Positions 25,378 through 38,077 of a DNA stretch of 38,803 nucleotides are shown one piece after another. Below the pieces are notes generated by a model, which made no database searches, was not told the origin of the DNA, and saw nothing but the letters and a program-made list of their open reading frames with translations. How positions within the stretch are numbered: position 1 is the stretch's first letter; the number at the start of each line of letters is the position of its first letter. The position numbers and the translations under genes were made by a program. This DNA is from Paraglomus brasilianum (lineage: Eukaryota), in the NCBI GenBank assembly GCA_910592345.1, contig CAJVPI010000251.1:1-38803 (forward strand), given 5' to 3'.

Positions 25378-28300
25378 GTTACAACAATTTTTATACCGCT
25401 TTGAAGCAAATTGATTGTATTTTCGAAAAAAAGCAATGATATATTCAGTCCCGTTATCGTTTAAGGCGCAAGTTCGATAAAGTGGTGGTATTGTTACACA
25501 TATGTTTGTTCATACATCATACTTCATCATCGCACACGGTGACTATTTTTAAATTTCACGTTATTTTTACTAATTGATCGGCAAAATATATATCAGATAG
25601 TTATTGCAGAAAACGTGTGCTTGACAAAAGATAGTCTGAGTCCCAATCTATTGGTGAGCAAGCACCAATTGGATTTCATTGACTCAGCCATCGGATCTTA
25701 CTACGAGGAAAATAACGAATCAGACGAATCAAAATCTCATTAACCAATCAGGTATTTGCCGAAGAACCTTAATATCGATCAAGATCATCATCTTTTTAAT
25801 TCTTCTCTCCTTAATTCGCTTGTGCGTGTAACAATGAAATTTACAAATCCCCCTGATTTCATGTGATGTGCCATGCACGCCATCTGTCGTAATACTATTA
25901 TTATTATTACATTCTCCCAAACTTTACTAGTAAAAAAAAGCGACTTAAAATATGTGCGCCTGATCCAGTTCGAGATAAGCACATTTTATTCTGATATTAT
26001 CAGATAAACAATTATGGGTGTGTGATATTGGAGACAATGTGCATGTGCCATTTCGAATACATGGCTGCGCTGCCTACTTGTGTGATTATTGAAATTTTCA
26101 AGTATCAAGCAACGGGAAAATTCTCCTCGATAGACTGCTGTTTTTATTGTTGTATAAATAAAATTAAACACGTCAAAAAGCTAATTATTGGTGTTCCCAC
26201 TTTTGGCCTTAATAGCAGCATTTATAAGCTCATAATCAGATCCGCAACATCTCAGTCATTAAATCCGGTTTCATCTGGGGCAGAGGTTTTTGTTTACGGT
26301 CTATATGCTTCGATCAGATTAACGGACTTTGAGATAACACTCCGTTAAGGTATGTGTCGATTATCCCGTTTGTGTGCTGTTAAGAATTGAAAGAGACAGG
26401 AGAACAGAAATTTCATATCGTAGTATATTTTATTTGCACGGTATGCATGGTAAAAAGACTTTTTGTAAATGATTATTCCGAGCCACGCGGCAAAATTAAA
26501 GTCACATTCTAGGTTTTAGGTATCGATTGATCAATATTGTGACGAGGCCCTTAGTGCCTTTGAATGCTGGAACAATTATGAAAAACACTTTATATGATAT
26601 AATTTACGTTTACTCTTGAAATATCTGTTCTAAAATCCAGCGTGGTCTCCCCCCCTATACTGACCTGTCATCTTTAAATTTCCGAATTCTATTAAAATAT
26701 CATTCTTTCATCTCACGGTTTTTGCTCTCAGTCGATTCTCGATTAGAAGTGTTTGCGGACGCGTTTACCTCATCCTTACTTTCGTATTCCTCTTCGGAGC
26801 TTTCCCTTTCTCTTCATCTTCGTATCTCTATACACTTTAATGAAGCTGTAGTTCTTAAACTCTGTCGCTTAACAATATTATTCTTGCCTTTCGTAAGATA
26901 AATCACTTCATCACTGTCTAATTAGAATTAGGGTCTGGCCCAAGCGTTTGTCCTAAAAACTACGAAATGTGTTCCTGAATCTTTGCTAAACTTGAGATGT
27001 CAGTATTTTTTTTTTTAATGTCTTCCGCACGAAGCGGTTTTGTCATTTTTAACTCTATCACTGTTACTAAAGAAACAACAAAATCGAGCTATTTTCCCAG
27101 ATTGTCCATAAGCTCCAACTATTAACTTGTCTACATATATACGTTTTTAGGTCGTACAGAACTAGAATATTTATAAGTTCATAAAATTCTTAAAGCTCGT
27201 CATGTTTATGATGGATATGATCTAAAATAAATTGTTCATTTAAGAGAGAAATGAAAACTTCGTGCAATGTTGCATGTTGAGAATAAACGGTCCGCCCTTT
27301 TGTCACTAAACCAAAGGCCGATTAAATTTTGGTTGAACGGCAATGTATTTGTTTTTGTAAAGAAAAGGTTTCGCATCGTGGTCATATTTTTCTTAAAACG
27401 CTGTCAGAAAAGATATCGTCATGAACCATCATTATGCCCTAACGTTGCGGACAGCTCAAAATCAAGAATTTTTTCTAAATAATTATTTATATTAAATTGT
27501 CATAACTAGTTATGAACAGTTCACTAATAATAAAGTATATTAAAGAATTAAACCGTTTAAAAGGTGATTATTACGATAATATTTTAAAAGGTAATTTGCG
27601 GAGTTAATTCGTTATAATTGTTCGATTTATCTGCCTAGCAATAGTAAATTTCCCTTTTGGATAATTTGCTTCTAGTATCGACAAATATCCTTGATGTAAA
27701 TTAGATCTTTGACTTTCCGCTCGCGGTTTAAATCCCTAGTTACCGTTTTGAATAATAGTATCACGGCCGTTGTATTCTAATTATTATTACTGAACGTCGG
27801 CCGTCTTGATCGGTGCAAATGCGTAATTCTATTATCACGTTCAATCATACTTCCTACTACTTTCAAAAAATTATCACTGTATCTTTTTTGCATAATTGTA
27901 TTATCGCACTTTTCAAAATTATAGAAACCCCTGAAGTTTTGTACACACACAGTCACTTGACTGCAAAAATCTTTGAAAACTCAACCAAGTTTCTATAAAC
28001 TTCTGCGATTATTCGTCGGCACTCAACGCTTTACAGCTTCCTGTACAGTTTCGGTTACTCTTTTGGTAAGCACGAGCAGTTTTAGTGTTAGCTTTTATAG
28101 AGAAGAGGTTTTCGATTATTGGACGATTACTGGCGATTACTGACAATTGCTGGGCGTTACTGGACGATTACAGGCGAATGCTAACGAAAGTTGTCATTCA
28201 GCTGTTGTATAGCAATATGGGCAATTTATTGGGCACAACGTGGTCAAGGATATTAGTGAAGATTTACGTTGAAGGATAGTTTATCCCCATTCCGATGGCT

Positions 28301-29010
28301 TTTCTCGTAAACGGATTTGCCGTTAATTGTATGTTAGTCGGGCCACAGTTTAAACGTCTTCAAGGGGATGCGTGGACGTAGAAAGATTCTTGAATGGCAT
28401 CACTCGGAAAAAGGTTTGTATGTTACAACTAAGTAAGAAATAGAAAAATCTCACTAATAAAACTTGTAGTTACATAAAGCCGCTGTGGAAAGGAATGAAT
28501 TGCTTCGTAGTTCTTATCACTAAAATTGGATAATCATATTCACCCGAGCAACTCATATTCCCTGATGAGAGCGCGAAGGATGTTATCTTTTGCAAGCCGT
28601 GCATATTTGCTGTGGTACTTGAAACAAAAGGAAGATTAGGCTTCTCACGAAAGTTAGAATCATAACCAAATATCTTACTTTTCTCCTGCAAAAACTGCGT
28701 TTCTGTTTGGGAGATAATTCGTAACTTTCTCTTTTTTACAATTACAACTCTCAAATTTATTATCTGTCTCACATAATAAACAAGCATAACATAAAGCTGT
28801 ACATATATACTATATTTCCTGGGTTCGATTTGCCCAACAAGTTTCTTCTGCTTTGGAATCATACGTAATGATAAAATCGAGGATATACAGTGTGGGACAA
28901 AAAAAAACCGGAATTTTTACTGTAACATTAAATCGTGCATATCTCCACCAATTTTAGGTCGATTTAAACAATGTAAATTGTAAAATAATTGTCAGATAAA
29001 GAACTTTATA

Positions 29011-29368
29011 CAGTGGCACCTCTATAAGTGCAAGCCCTTGAGATGTTTGCATTCATGGAGGTTTTGCATTAATAGAAGTTTCCTTTAAAGGAAAGATTTT
29101 CAATTTACTATAAACAATACTATGTTACGCGAAATCTAATTGTTGATTTCAAACTTATTATTCTTGTAGAATTCTGTAATTCTATAATTGTTACACGGCA
29201 TATACGGATAAACCACGTGATTTGCATTTAGAGAGATATCCATATAGTGATAGACGGGACTCGCAAATCTATTGCAATAGAGGTTGCTGGGTCCCATGCT
29301 TGCGAGAAAAAGCTTGCATTTAGGGAGGTTTTGCACTTATGGAGGTTGCACTTATAGAGGTGTCACTG
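29011..29368. mobile_element. 358-bp TA-flanked MITE nested in the Tc1 element
   Basis: TA|CAGTGGCACCTCTATAAGTGCAA ... TTGCACTTATAGAGGTGTCACTG|TA (22/23 match). Absent from Tc1 copy 1. Confidence 0.93.
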
Positions 29369-29453
29369 TATTTATTCATTTTGAACCGCCAATTTATAGG
29401 TAATCCTATTTCTTAAATTCTTTCGACATTCCTAAGAAACATCAATTAGAACG

Positions 29454-29966
29454 ATGACTTCCAGACAAGAGAGAAATCGCCGAGCTATACAACAATTGTG
29501 GGATCAAGGCATTTGGAATGCTGCAGAGATTCATAAACGCAAGGTTATCCCACAGTATGGTTTATGAAAACATTAAAAAAAAAAAAAACCGGAACAACCT
29601 GGAACCGTTAACCCTGACCCTAAAGGTCTTTGCTTCAGCATAAGAGATAAGATGATTTTATACTGTTTTTCCCGAAATAATAGTCAATAATTTTATGTAT
29701 CCATAATCCGAAGACATCTTCCAGACATTGAAGACTTGCTAGGAGACGAATGGCGGTTTCAACAAGACAACGACCCAAAACATACTAGCCGCCTTGCAAA
29801 AAACTTTCTTCGGAATAACATGCCTGAAGTAATGGACTGGCCTTCTAACAGTCCTGACCTAAATCCAATCGAAAATCTCTGGAGTATTGTTAAAAGAAAT
29901 GTAGAAAAGAAAATGCCGAAAAATATTAGCAATTTGCGGGGGATGATATTCCATAATCAACCCTAA
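29454..29966 (+). pseudogene. Tc1-family transposase remnant
   Basis: N-terminus MTSRQERNRRAIQQLWDQGIWNAAEIHKR is joined across a deletion and frameshifts to WRFQQDNDPKHTS...WPSNSPDLNPIENLW. There are 34 residues between the QD-N aspartate and the PIE glutamate (DD34E). Confidence 0.93.
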
Positions 29967-31032
29967 TTGGGTTAGTACGATCCGATGTGAGAAAGTAACG
30001 ACGAACGCATTCCATACTAAATTTTTTTAATGAAATCTGCTTTTCAAATGGTATAAAATTCATCTTATTGGTTCTTGCGTAATGCATAATTTTGTAATTC
30101 CGGGGTTTTTTTGTTCCACACTATGCATATACGCATGTACGTGCACCTATTGTAGAAGTGACTAGGGTCCCATGTCAAAGATGTAGGGTCCTCGGAGAAA
30201 ATTCCGTAAGTATAAACTCTAATTCAGCCCATCACAGAGTTACGCGATAAAAAGGCGTTTGCAGATACTTTTTTTTATTATACGATAATCTATGCATTCT
30301 GATTGGCCGATTAGTGGTTTCGAAAATTTTCGTTTGTGTAATGTGTACCGTCAGGGGTTTGAAAAGTGTGCACGTATGGTCATGTGATTAAAATTATATC
30401 GTTAAAATCAAAATACCCAAATTTTATAATACTAAGGTTACGTTAGGTCTTTTATTGTTAACAGTTGAAGCAACGCAGAATTTTTTATTTCTGGTGCATT
30501 CCGGTTTGGTAGATGCAAACGGATGTTACACTATTTACCCGTGACTATAAAGGAGGAATTTTTCATATTGTTGTGATTATTACTACAAAACGATCGAGTC
30601 TCAGGGGACAATATAACGCCGTTGTTATTGTTTAGTTACACGTGGCAATATATTTGTTTGTTATTATGTTGGCGGCAAAACTCTCGCATACCGGATACTA
30701 AAAATGGCCCGATTGATAATCAACAAGAGACTTTAGAATGTCGGACTAAGAGGCAAGTTGAGACATAGGGAAAACGAGTGAGATCTGGTTGCTTAGATCA
30801 GTGTTTTTATTGTGTTTTCCGATTCAACCCATTTCTCTTGCCTTTTACATTCAAACTTTAACCCTGTTATCTAAATATCAGCGACTGCATGCATCAAGTC
30901 GTACCCAATTTCGATTATATAATAAGAGCACGCTCGGCGTTCTTGGCATTCAAAGCAATAACAAAAAAGAAAAAAAGAAAAAAAAAAAAGAAGATACACA
31001 CACAATCAATAAGCATCATTTGTTAATTTACC

Positions 31033-31770
31033 ATGAAATATTGGACTCGGCAGGTACATACATAATTCGGAACTACGCAATTCTATTCAACATAAATTGA
31101 TTGTATGAATTCGATATATTAGGAGAATGTCACTCTTATTAGAACTTTACAATACGCGATTGGACATTTTAATTTGAACCTGAAAGGTAGTTATATGATA
31201 TGATACGATATGATACGATATGATATGATATGATGTGAAGGTTTACGATTTGTTCTTGTTCTAAAATGTTTAAGTTGCTCATTATAACTCTGTAACGCTT
31301 TTTATATAAGACCAGGCACAATGCGCTACGCCCTGGAAGTACGTAATTTTAGTTATGATATTGGTTGTTATTGCTGCTGTCAAATGATATAGGTATCTGC
31401 TGGTATATCAGTGCTATACACGTCTGGCACGTATTTGATTGTACGCCTGCGTATGTCTCTCCCGCATAAGTATAATATACCAATAAATACCTATCATGCT
31501 GACCTTTGATCACGTATTCGACTAATAATCTTATGTATTTTATTTTCATAATAGTGGGTAGTCATTCACCCCTTCTGAGCGTAATATGGTGGTGCGATGT
31601 TGCATCGTATCCATCGAGAAGGGGGAATGACTTTAAACATTCCTGGTCGTACTTCCCGATGCGAGGAAACGAACAAGGATCATTCTTTTTTGTGCTTCTG
31701 GCTTTTTATTCATGTTTGATAGAATTTTGTAACATTATCATCAAATATTGTAAACAAGATCTGTCATGAT
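31033..31770 (+). pseudogene. Mini R2R3-type MYB pseudogene (paralog 4)
   Basis: Exon 1 at 31033-31053 reads MKYWTRQ|GT. Exon 2 at 31123-31186 is EN..LLLELYNT with a frameshift and deletion, ending TGAAAG|GT as in MYB-3. An HNALRPG|GTACGT exon ends at 31338. R3 remnants SFTPSERNMVVR (31562) and IPGRTSR (31639) are in different frames with stops. The 3' end is approximate. Confidence 0.82.
31192..31234. repeat. (ATATG/ATACG)n pentanucleotide repeat in the pseudogene intron
   Basis: Seen directly. Confidence 0.9.
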
Positions 31771-31811
31771 AATCTATAACAATTAAATCGTGTATCTTCT
31801 GCTAAAATAGA

Positions 31812-31891
31812 TAAAACAAAACAAAACAAAATAAAACAAAATAAAACAAAACAAAATAATATAAATAATATAAATAATATAAAATATAAAA
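31812..31891. repeat. (AAAAC/AAAAT)n plus (AAATAATAT)n low-complexity tract
   Basis: Seen directly. Confidence 0.85.
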
Positions 31892-33206
31892 CGTACGCTC
31901 TTTGTAAATGTTTATAACATTAAAGATATTTCTACTGCATGTGTTCAATTTAGATGGTAAATGATCGAGTTATTACATTTTAGATATATATAAAGTTCTG
32001 TTCTCTTGTGAAAAAGGCTTTGCGTTATTTTTTATTTGTCAGATTTGCCTAAAAAACTTCTGTTAAATACTGGAGAATGTTAAAAAGATAACTATGATTA
32101 AAACCTAGTACGGGAAAACTTATCGTTAGAATATGCGAGGTCCAATGTTACATATATATCATATTAATATTTGTCATATTAGTTCACACTTTCAACGGCG
32201 GCCAGCGAATGAATTAAGCCAACATCAATCGAGCAGAGATTGTAAAGTAAAAAAAAAAATTATAGGCATACAACATTAATTTCATTAATCAGCGGACATA
32301 TATTAACGTGTTTACGACTGATACTTTCAAATACCAGGGTTTGTAAAGCGCATATATAAAGCGTACCAACAAAGCTTCTCCGTCTGACATATTTTATGTG
32401 AACATCATTCTTTGACAATACGCTGGATAACGATACGGGAGCATTAAGTATATAAACTTAAACTATAGTCAATGTTTTACCAATTGGCGAGTTACTCTCT
32501 CGCGGGGTTTATCTTAAACATCAATTGCAAAATCAGGAGATCAAAGCCATGTAACAACGTGTAATTAATACGGCATTCTCCTTAATTACCGTATTCATGA
32601 TCTGCAAATCTCCTTGAATATTAGGGGGCTTGTTATTATGTGCAGATATGAGAATTCGACACTGTGTCCCCATGTTTCGTAGCCACTATCGATAGCTTTG
32701 ATCGTCAAGTATTTAATGTTCTCAGTAATAAGTTTAGTTGAGATGATAAAAAAGTCAAGTAATTTTTTTGTAAGTCGGATCTTTGCTCAAGCGGATATTA
32801 GCCAAAGTCGTTATCTATCTCTAGTGATCTTAATAAGGTTGTGTATCACATGACACAAAATCTTACTCCAGGTAATAACAGTTAAACACCATACCGAAAT
32901 AGAATTATGTTCTGGACCATCAGAGATATAACATTTTCTCATTGGTCAGTCCTGCAACTACCCCCCTTAATTATATCATCTGAAGATAACAGATAAATTC
33001 TTTTGACGCATCTAGAAAGTGTTTCGAGAAAGCCTTATGCTCATGTGTACGACAATTGCCATGAATGAAAGTAGGGTATGTTGTAGTACCAATTCTATCA
33101 AATACCACATGATTTATTTATAAAAACAAATACATCAACCGACAAGAAGTTGCTACAATTAATAATAACCAAAAGTTTTTGAAGAAGAAAAATGGACGTT
33201 GCACCA

Positions 33207-33962
33207 TTCGCAAATTAGGAGGTCGAGTCTATCGACACGTATACCTTGGCCATTTGCTCAGCCATAACTAAAGTGGGTATAAGCTTTTCCTCTATAACGT
33301 AAGAAACAAATCAAAAGAAATATTTATCATACGTTGGAAGCGTGTGGTAAACAAAAAAGTTTACACAATAAATAAAAGCCCGATTATTATTGAATTTGTG
33401 CCAAAGGCTTACCGACTAAAAAAAGAAGTCCAAAGCTGTAATAATTTCTCGATTAAAAGGGCGACGTATACAAAGAAAAAGACTATAGCACTTTTCCGTT
33501 GCTTTGACCAAAGGAAAACGTATTTCTTCGAAACTAGTCGCAAATTTAAACATTCTGGTAAAAAAGAGAGAAGACGGTAACTGGTAATGCTAATAAAGTT
33601 CATTCATTCGGAGTCGATCTTCCGGGCGTGTTACTTGCACGGTATCACGTGAAAATAGAATCGTCCGAATGAAGATTTAGCTTGCTCTCCACATATTATC
33701 TCACAAACGTAGTTTCGGGTTTGTTATTATTATTATTATAGAATGTGTAATGGTTAAGATATGTGTCTGTTATAAAGTTATGAATGATTCGGTTATCCCG
33801 AAAAATGCCGATTTGACGTTTATAAAATCTTTCCAATCTCAATAAGTTTTAAGAGATTGGTTAATTTTTAAGAGGTTATTAATACAGTATATATTATTGG
33901 ACTGCAATAACATTAACAATTCGTCTGCGGTTTGGCAAGCCGCGTTTGAATGGCGTATTTTA
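33207..33962 (+). repeat. Direct repeat family C, copy 1 (longest interior)
   Basis: Shares the TTCGCAAATTAGGA...CATTTGCTCA and TTATCTCACAAACGTAGTTTCGG...GGACTGCAATAA...TGGCGTATTTTA blocks with 35212-35810. Confidence 0.8.
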
Positions 33963-34964
33963 TTATGCAACGTGCGAGTAAACTATTGATGCATAGACAC
34001 CATTTTCTGTTACATTTGTGTAAATTTTATTGTTCTATTTCTTTTGAAAACGCCATCCAAAGGTTTGCCGTTGTTTCTAATAGAGAATTAATCGAAAAGA
34101 GAAAACCCCCAATAAAATTGGTTTTTTAAAAATATGATGGATGTGCAAATTATTTAATTGAACATTTGTTGTATAAAATACACGCCAATCACCCAGATAA
34201 AACACGGACCAAAGTTATTGATCGGCTTCGCTAATTAGCCTCTCCAAATTTATATAATAGGTTACTAATTAGAAGTTAGAACTCAAAGAAGCTTCTTGCG
34301 CTTCTAAATTCGAACGGCCAATTAAAATTTAAAGCCCTTTGTTTGAATAAGGTTTGTGTTGTTCAGATTGAAATTTTGTACCTTTCATATAACTATTGTC
34401 TTATAGCAATTGTTGTTGATTTAACCCTGCGGTGGTCTCCGACTTTAGAGACGAGCAATGGTTACTGCAAACTATTTTCTCATTTAAAGATATGTAATAT
34501 GTGTATAATAATCAATTATTCGGACAATCTCCGGCCATTATGGGAGTCGTCGGTTACAATAAGGGTTTAACTTGCTATGTACAACTTCATTGACAAAGAA
34601 AACCAATATATTTAGCTAGATTGGACGATTCGATCAATATTGAAGAAAATGTGTGACATCCAAAGCAAGCCTTTCACAATGCTTTTCTTTTGTTTATTGT
34701 TAATAATTAAATTTTGTTCGTACACCACGGCCACGCCTCCGCCACTGTGACAGATTTTAGAGTATTGGCATAAATATTATTTGACAGAACTTAGTTTCTA
34801 ATGTACATAATAAACGTAAGAAAACCAAACTCTTGTAAATTACTGCTCGATAATATTATTACTAACTTACATTACCCAAACATATGTTGTTTAGTTTAAA
34901 ATTTTTTGTTCACAGTAATGTAGTTATCGTATTTATAAATTTGTCATGTATATAATGTTACTTA

Positions 34965-35124
34965 TAGTGCGACTCAAAAGTCAAATCACCCTAGTACAAA
35001 TAGAAAAAGTCTTTTAAAATCTCCACTGTTTGTATTTATATGCTAAATTACGGCCAGTGGAGATTTTCGAAAATAAAGGCTTTACTATTTGTTTAGGGGT
35101 GGTCCGTGATTTTGAGTCGCACTG
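34965..35124. mobile_element. 160-bp foldback MITE, TA-flanked
   Basis: TA|TAGTGCGACTCAAAA ... TTTTGAGTCGCACTG|TA, with inner arms AAAATCTCCACTG / CAGTGGAGATTTT. Confidence 0.85.
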
Positions 35125-35211
35125 TATGTTATTTTTTAACATTCCCAATTAATTTAGAATTTCTGTTGACTGAGAGGCTGTTGTGTTAATCGAATGATAC
35201 AAAGTTTAATA

Positions 35212-35810
35212 GCCGAATTGAATTGAGTGGTATGTTGGTCTCTAGTCACAAGATGACTGACACAAAAAACTTTGTCTATTTCTGTATTAGTGTGTAATCT
35301 TGTGTCTATATTTGGGTTAGGATAAAAGGACAGTTACTTGTACATAATCTGTTTAGATCAGGAACCTATTATTAATACATATGTATATGTTTATTTATTT
35401 ATTTATAGAAACAACACATTAATTACATCAAAAATTTGCAAAGAGGTCGTTCGCAAATTAGGAAGTCTAGTCTATCCTTGGTCATTTGCTCAACCATAAC
35501 ATAACTAAGTTCAATAGTAATAAGAATAGTAAAATCAGAATGACAGATAACTTGCTTTATCTCACAAACGTAGTTTCGGTTTGTTATCAAAATTAATTAG
35601 TGCTTAATATATTTCTGTTATAAAGTTATAAAATGATTCGGTCATCCCAAAGAAATGCCGATTGACCTTTACAAAATTTTTCTAATCTCAATAAATATTA
35701 AGAAATTGGGTTTTTAGAAAGGTTACTAACACAGTATATATTATTTGGACTGCAATAAATCAACAAATTCGTCTGCGACTCGGAAAGTTCCGCGCGGATG
35801 GCGTATTTTA
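35212..35810 (+). repeat. Direct repeat family C, copy 2
   Basis: High similarity to 38078-38461 (TGGTATGTTGGTCTCTAGTCACAAGA...TACATAATCTGTTTAGATCAGGAAC...) and to 33207-33962. Confidence 0.88.
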
Positions 35811-36036
35811 TACTGAGCTTGCGTTAGACTAAAAATGCCTACCCATTAAAACAATCCCATTTAATAAAACCATATTTTTAGAATAGCTGTCTTATATTAG
35901 GCTTTATTTGAACTATTTATATATTCACTATTAAGAAGCCGCATTCATGATATAAATCGTCAGCATCGTGTACGACACATAAACGTTTATAAAATGCTAC
36001 CCGCCAGCCCATCGTTTAAACCATGTCAACGTAATT

Positions 36037-36871
36037 ATGCACCGTAAACCTGGACGTAAGCCAAAGATTTCTTTAGATTTTACAGGAAATAGTGCAGTCA
36101 TGGTGGTTGATAAGAAATCAACCAGAACGAAAAAATCGGGAAAAAAAGACTGTTCAAAGTGTAAAAAAATGTTACCTGTAACAGACAGTTTGGAAAATCT
36201 GTCAAAAGAGTTGGTCCACGTCGGAGACCCCAATGAAAATGACATAGGGTTTGTTGCAAAGGATGACATTAATAGAAAAGAATTAGCGATGGTAAGAATT
36301 ACTCTATCTGTTCTGATTAACTTTAAATATCGATACAACTAAAATACGTTTATACCACCTAATTAACAGTCGACGAGCGAGCTAGCGACTATGGTAAGAA
36401 TCACTTATCTGTTAGATTTATGTTCAATATGTCTCAAAACACTCAAAAAAGGTTCAAAGTCTTTTTCAAGATTGTCGCGCGGTCGAAAACGTAGAACAGT
36501 TCCTAGAGAGTTAGATTTTACAGGATATAACCCTATTATGGTGGTTGAGCATCCGAAAAAACAAAAAGTGGCAGTAAAAGGTGCAGACTACAAAGGAGAA
36601 CAGCTTTCCCCCATGTTAGAAAGGTCGGTCGACATTGTAGATGAGTTGACACAAGAACTTGTCTTTGAGTATGAGTGTAAAACTGTGGTAAATTATTGTA
36701 TTGACAAACAAGGCCTCAAACGCATGGTAAGTTTATGACAAACAATTTTGCGTTATTAGAACAGTGTTTAATACAACTATAAATTCTTAGACTACAGAAG
36801 AATTGAGAGGTTATGCCAAATTTTTTGCAGCTAGAATTAATCATCACCAACACGACCGTAGTGTGAATTGA
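36037..36871 (+). CDS. Hypothetical 230-aa basic protein made of two ~95-aa repeats (3 exons)
   Basis: Exons 36037-36291, 36370-36726 and 36791-36871 are joined by phase-0 GTAAG..AG introns (78 and 64 nt) into one open frame. Repeats: GRKPKISLDFTGNSAVMVV...LENLSKELV...INRKELAM/STSEL and GRKRRTVPRELDFTGYNPIMVV...VDELTQELV...IDKQGLKRM/TTEEL. The start codon is uncertain. Confidence 0.7.
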
Positions 36872-37280
36872 TAACCTGAGGTTATTGTTATTATGCATTT
36901 ATAAGAATATATGAAAGTCATGAATTTAGATAATAAGATGTTCTCGTTGTGTCATTTATCTACGTATGTAATAATTATATAATAACACCGTACGATAGCA
37001 AATCCTAAGACAGATGCTCTCATCACATTGTTACTTGCATGGTAAATACGGACGATAACAACTTTATTGAAATAAAGATTTTTCATATGCTTTACTATTT
37101 GATTTGGGAGACTTTTGGTAGGGGAGTGTACAGCGCTTTTTTTTTTTTTGATTTTGTAGAAGAGAACACTTATTCAAAATTGGCTGTATTTGTAGTTTTA
37201 TTGTCCAATATATCAAGTGCGCGTGATGTATCTAATCTTGAACTTTGGCGAAGTTGCATATCACATGGTGTCACAATACA

Positions 37281-37369
37281 TGAGTTCGGGACCTGTCTCC
37301 GTGTCACTCAATCCAGAACTCAATTTTCTCAGTTCGGAACTCAGACAGGTCCCCAACTGAGGTACAACA
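37281..37369. mobile_element. Palindromic mini-MITE family P, copy 5
   Basis: TGAGTTCGGGACCTGTCTC...CAGGTCCCCAACTGAGGTACAACA, a reverse-complement match to 3309-3412. Confidence 0.75.
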
Positions 37370-38077
37370 GCGCCACTAGTGAATGGTCGTTAATGGTTAT
37401 TTTGCTCCGTCGATGCGGTTAAACATGAAACACAGCATCATGGTCAGTTTTTGTAGAAAAAAACACAGTGAATGAGTAGTTCAATAAACTCCTCGGGTAC
37501 TGTTGAATGCTAAAGAACATTCCTTTGCCGTTTTTCATGGACTGTTAAAAGAGACAAGAGACAATAAAAATATTATCACCAGTACCCTTGTACAAATACG
37601 TTAATAGTAATGAAATAATAAGAAATGAGACACCGACACTTTTATGGTCGTACAGCATGTTCTGTCTGCCTTTTCAAATAACCAATACACTAATTTGGAC
37701 TAGTGTATAAAAGCGTACGACAATTGATCTGTGAAAACAAAAAGAATGATCCTGTTCAGAAAGTACAATCAGGAATGTTTAGAATCATTCTCCCTTCTCG
37801 ATGGATATGATGTGAAGAAGACCGTTTAACTGTATATACGCCAAATGCATAATGCTAATATATAACTGTCGTATGTAGGTCTACGGTAACTAGCTGTGTG
37901 TATTCGAGGAGTGCTTGTATATATGCAATGTATGTTTGTTATTGAGGACAATCCTATAAGAATTGCATTTGTAATCTTTATGTCATATTTTAACCTTGTC
38001 ATCCAGATTAATTAAGTATGTCTTCCGAATTGTTTCGGAGCTGGATTGTGTGAAGCGAAAGCACGATTGTGCATAAT

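Larger units (their letters stand above)
28888..30122 (+). mobile_element. Internally deleted Tc1 (DD34E) element, copy 2
   Basis: TA|CAGTGTGGGACAAAAAAAAACCGGAATT ... AATTCCGGGGTTTTTTTGTTCCACACT. Contains transposase remnants; the empty site is seen at 8601-8618. Confidence 0.93.
27905..30369 (-). mobile_element. Non-autonomous TIR element A, two-ended copy hosting nested insertions
   Basis: Left end GCACTTTTCAAAATTATAGAAACCCCTGA is inverted relative to right end TCAGGGGTTTGAAAAGTGT. The body is the reverse complement of 12086-12863. Confidence 0.75.

Noticed and set aside
20700..27100. Coding-like stretches with frequent stops on both strands
   Set aside because: Probably old pseudogene or TE debris. 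No recognisable domain, so not annotated.
28470..28862. 130-aa minus-strand ORF (and 12079-12330, 27813-27998, 28085-28279)
   Set aside because: They lie in element A and cross an insertion junction. The frame is not conserved between the two copies.
35997..36338. 113-aa minus-strand ORF
   Set aside because: Antisense shadow of the better supported plus-strand spliced gene.
37039..37422. Shared peptide among ORFs 3166-3444, 14733-14963 and 37039-37422 suggesting a protein family
   Set aside because: The similarity is confined to the family P palindromic MITE.
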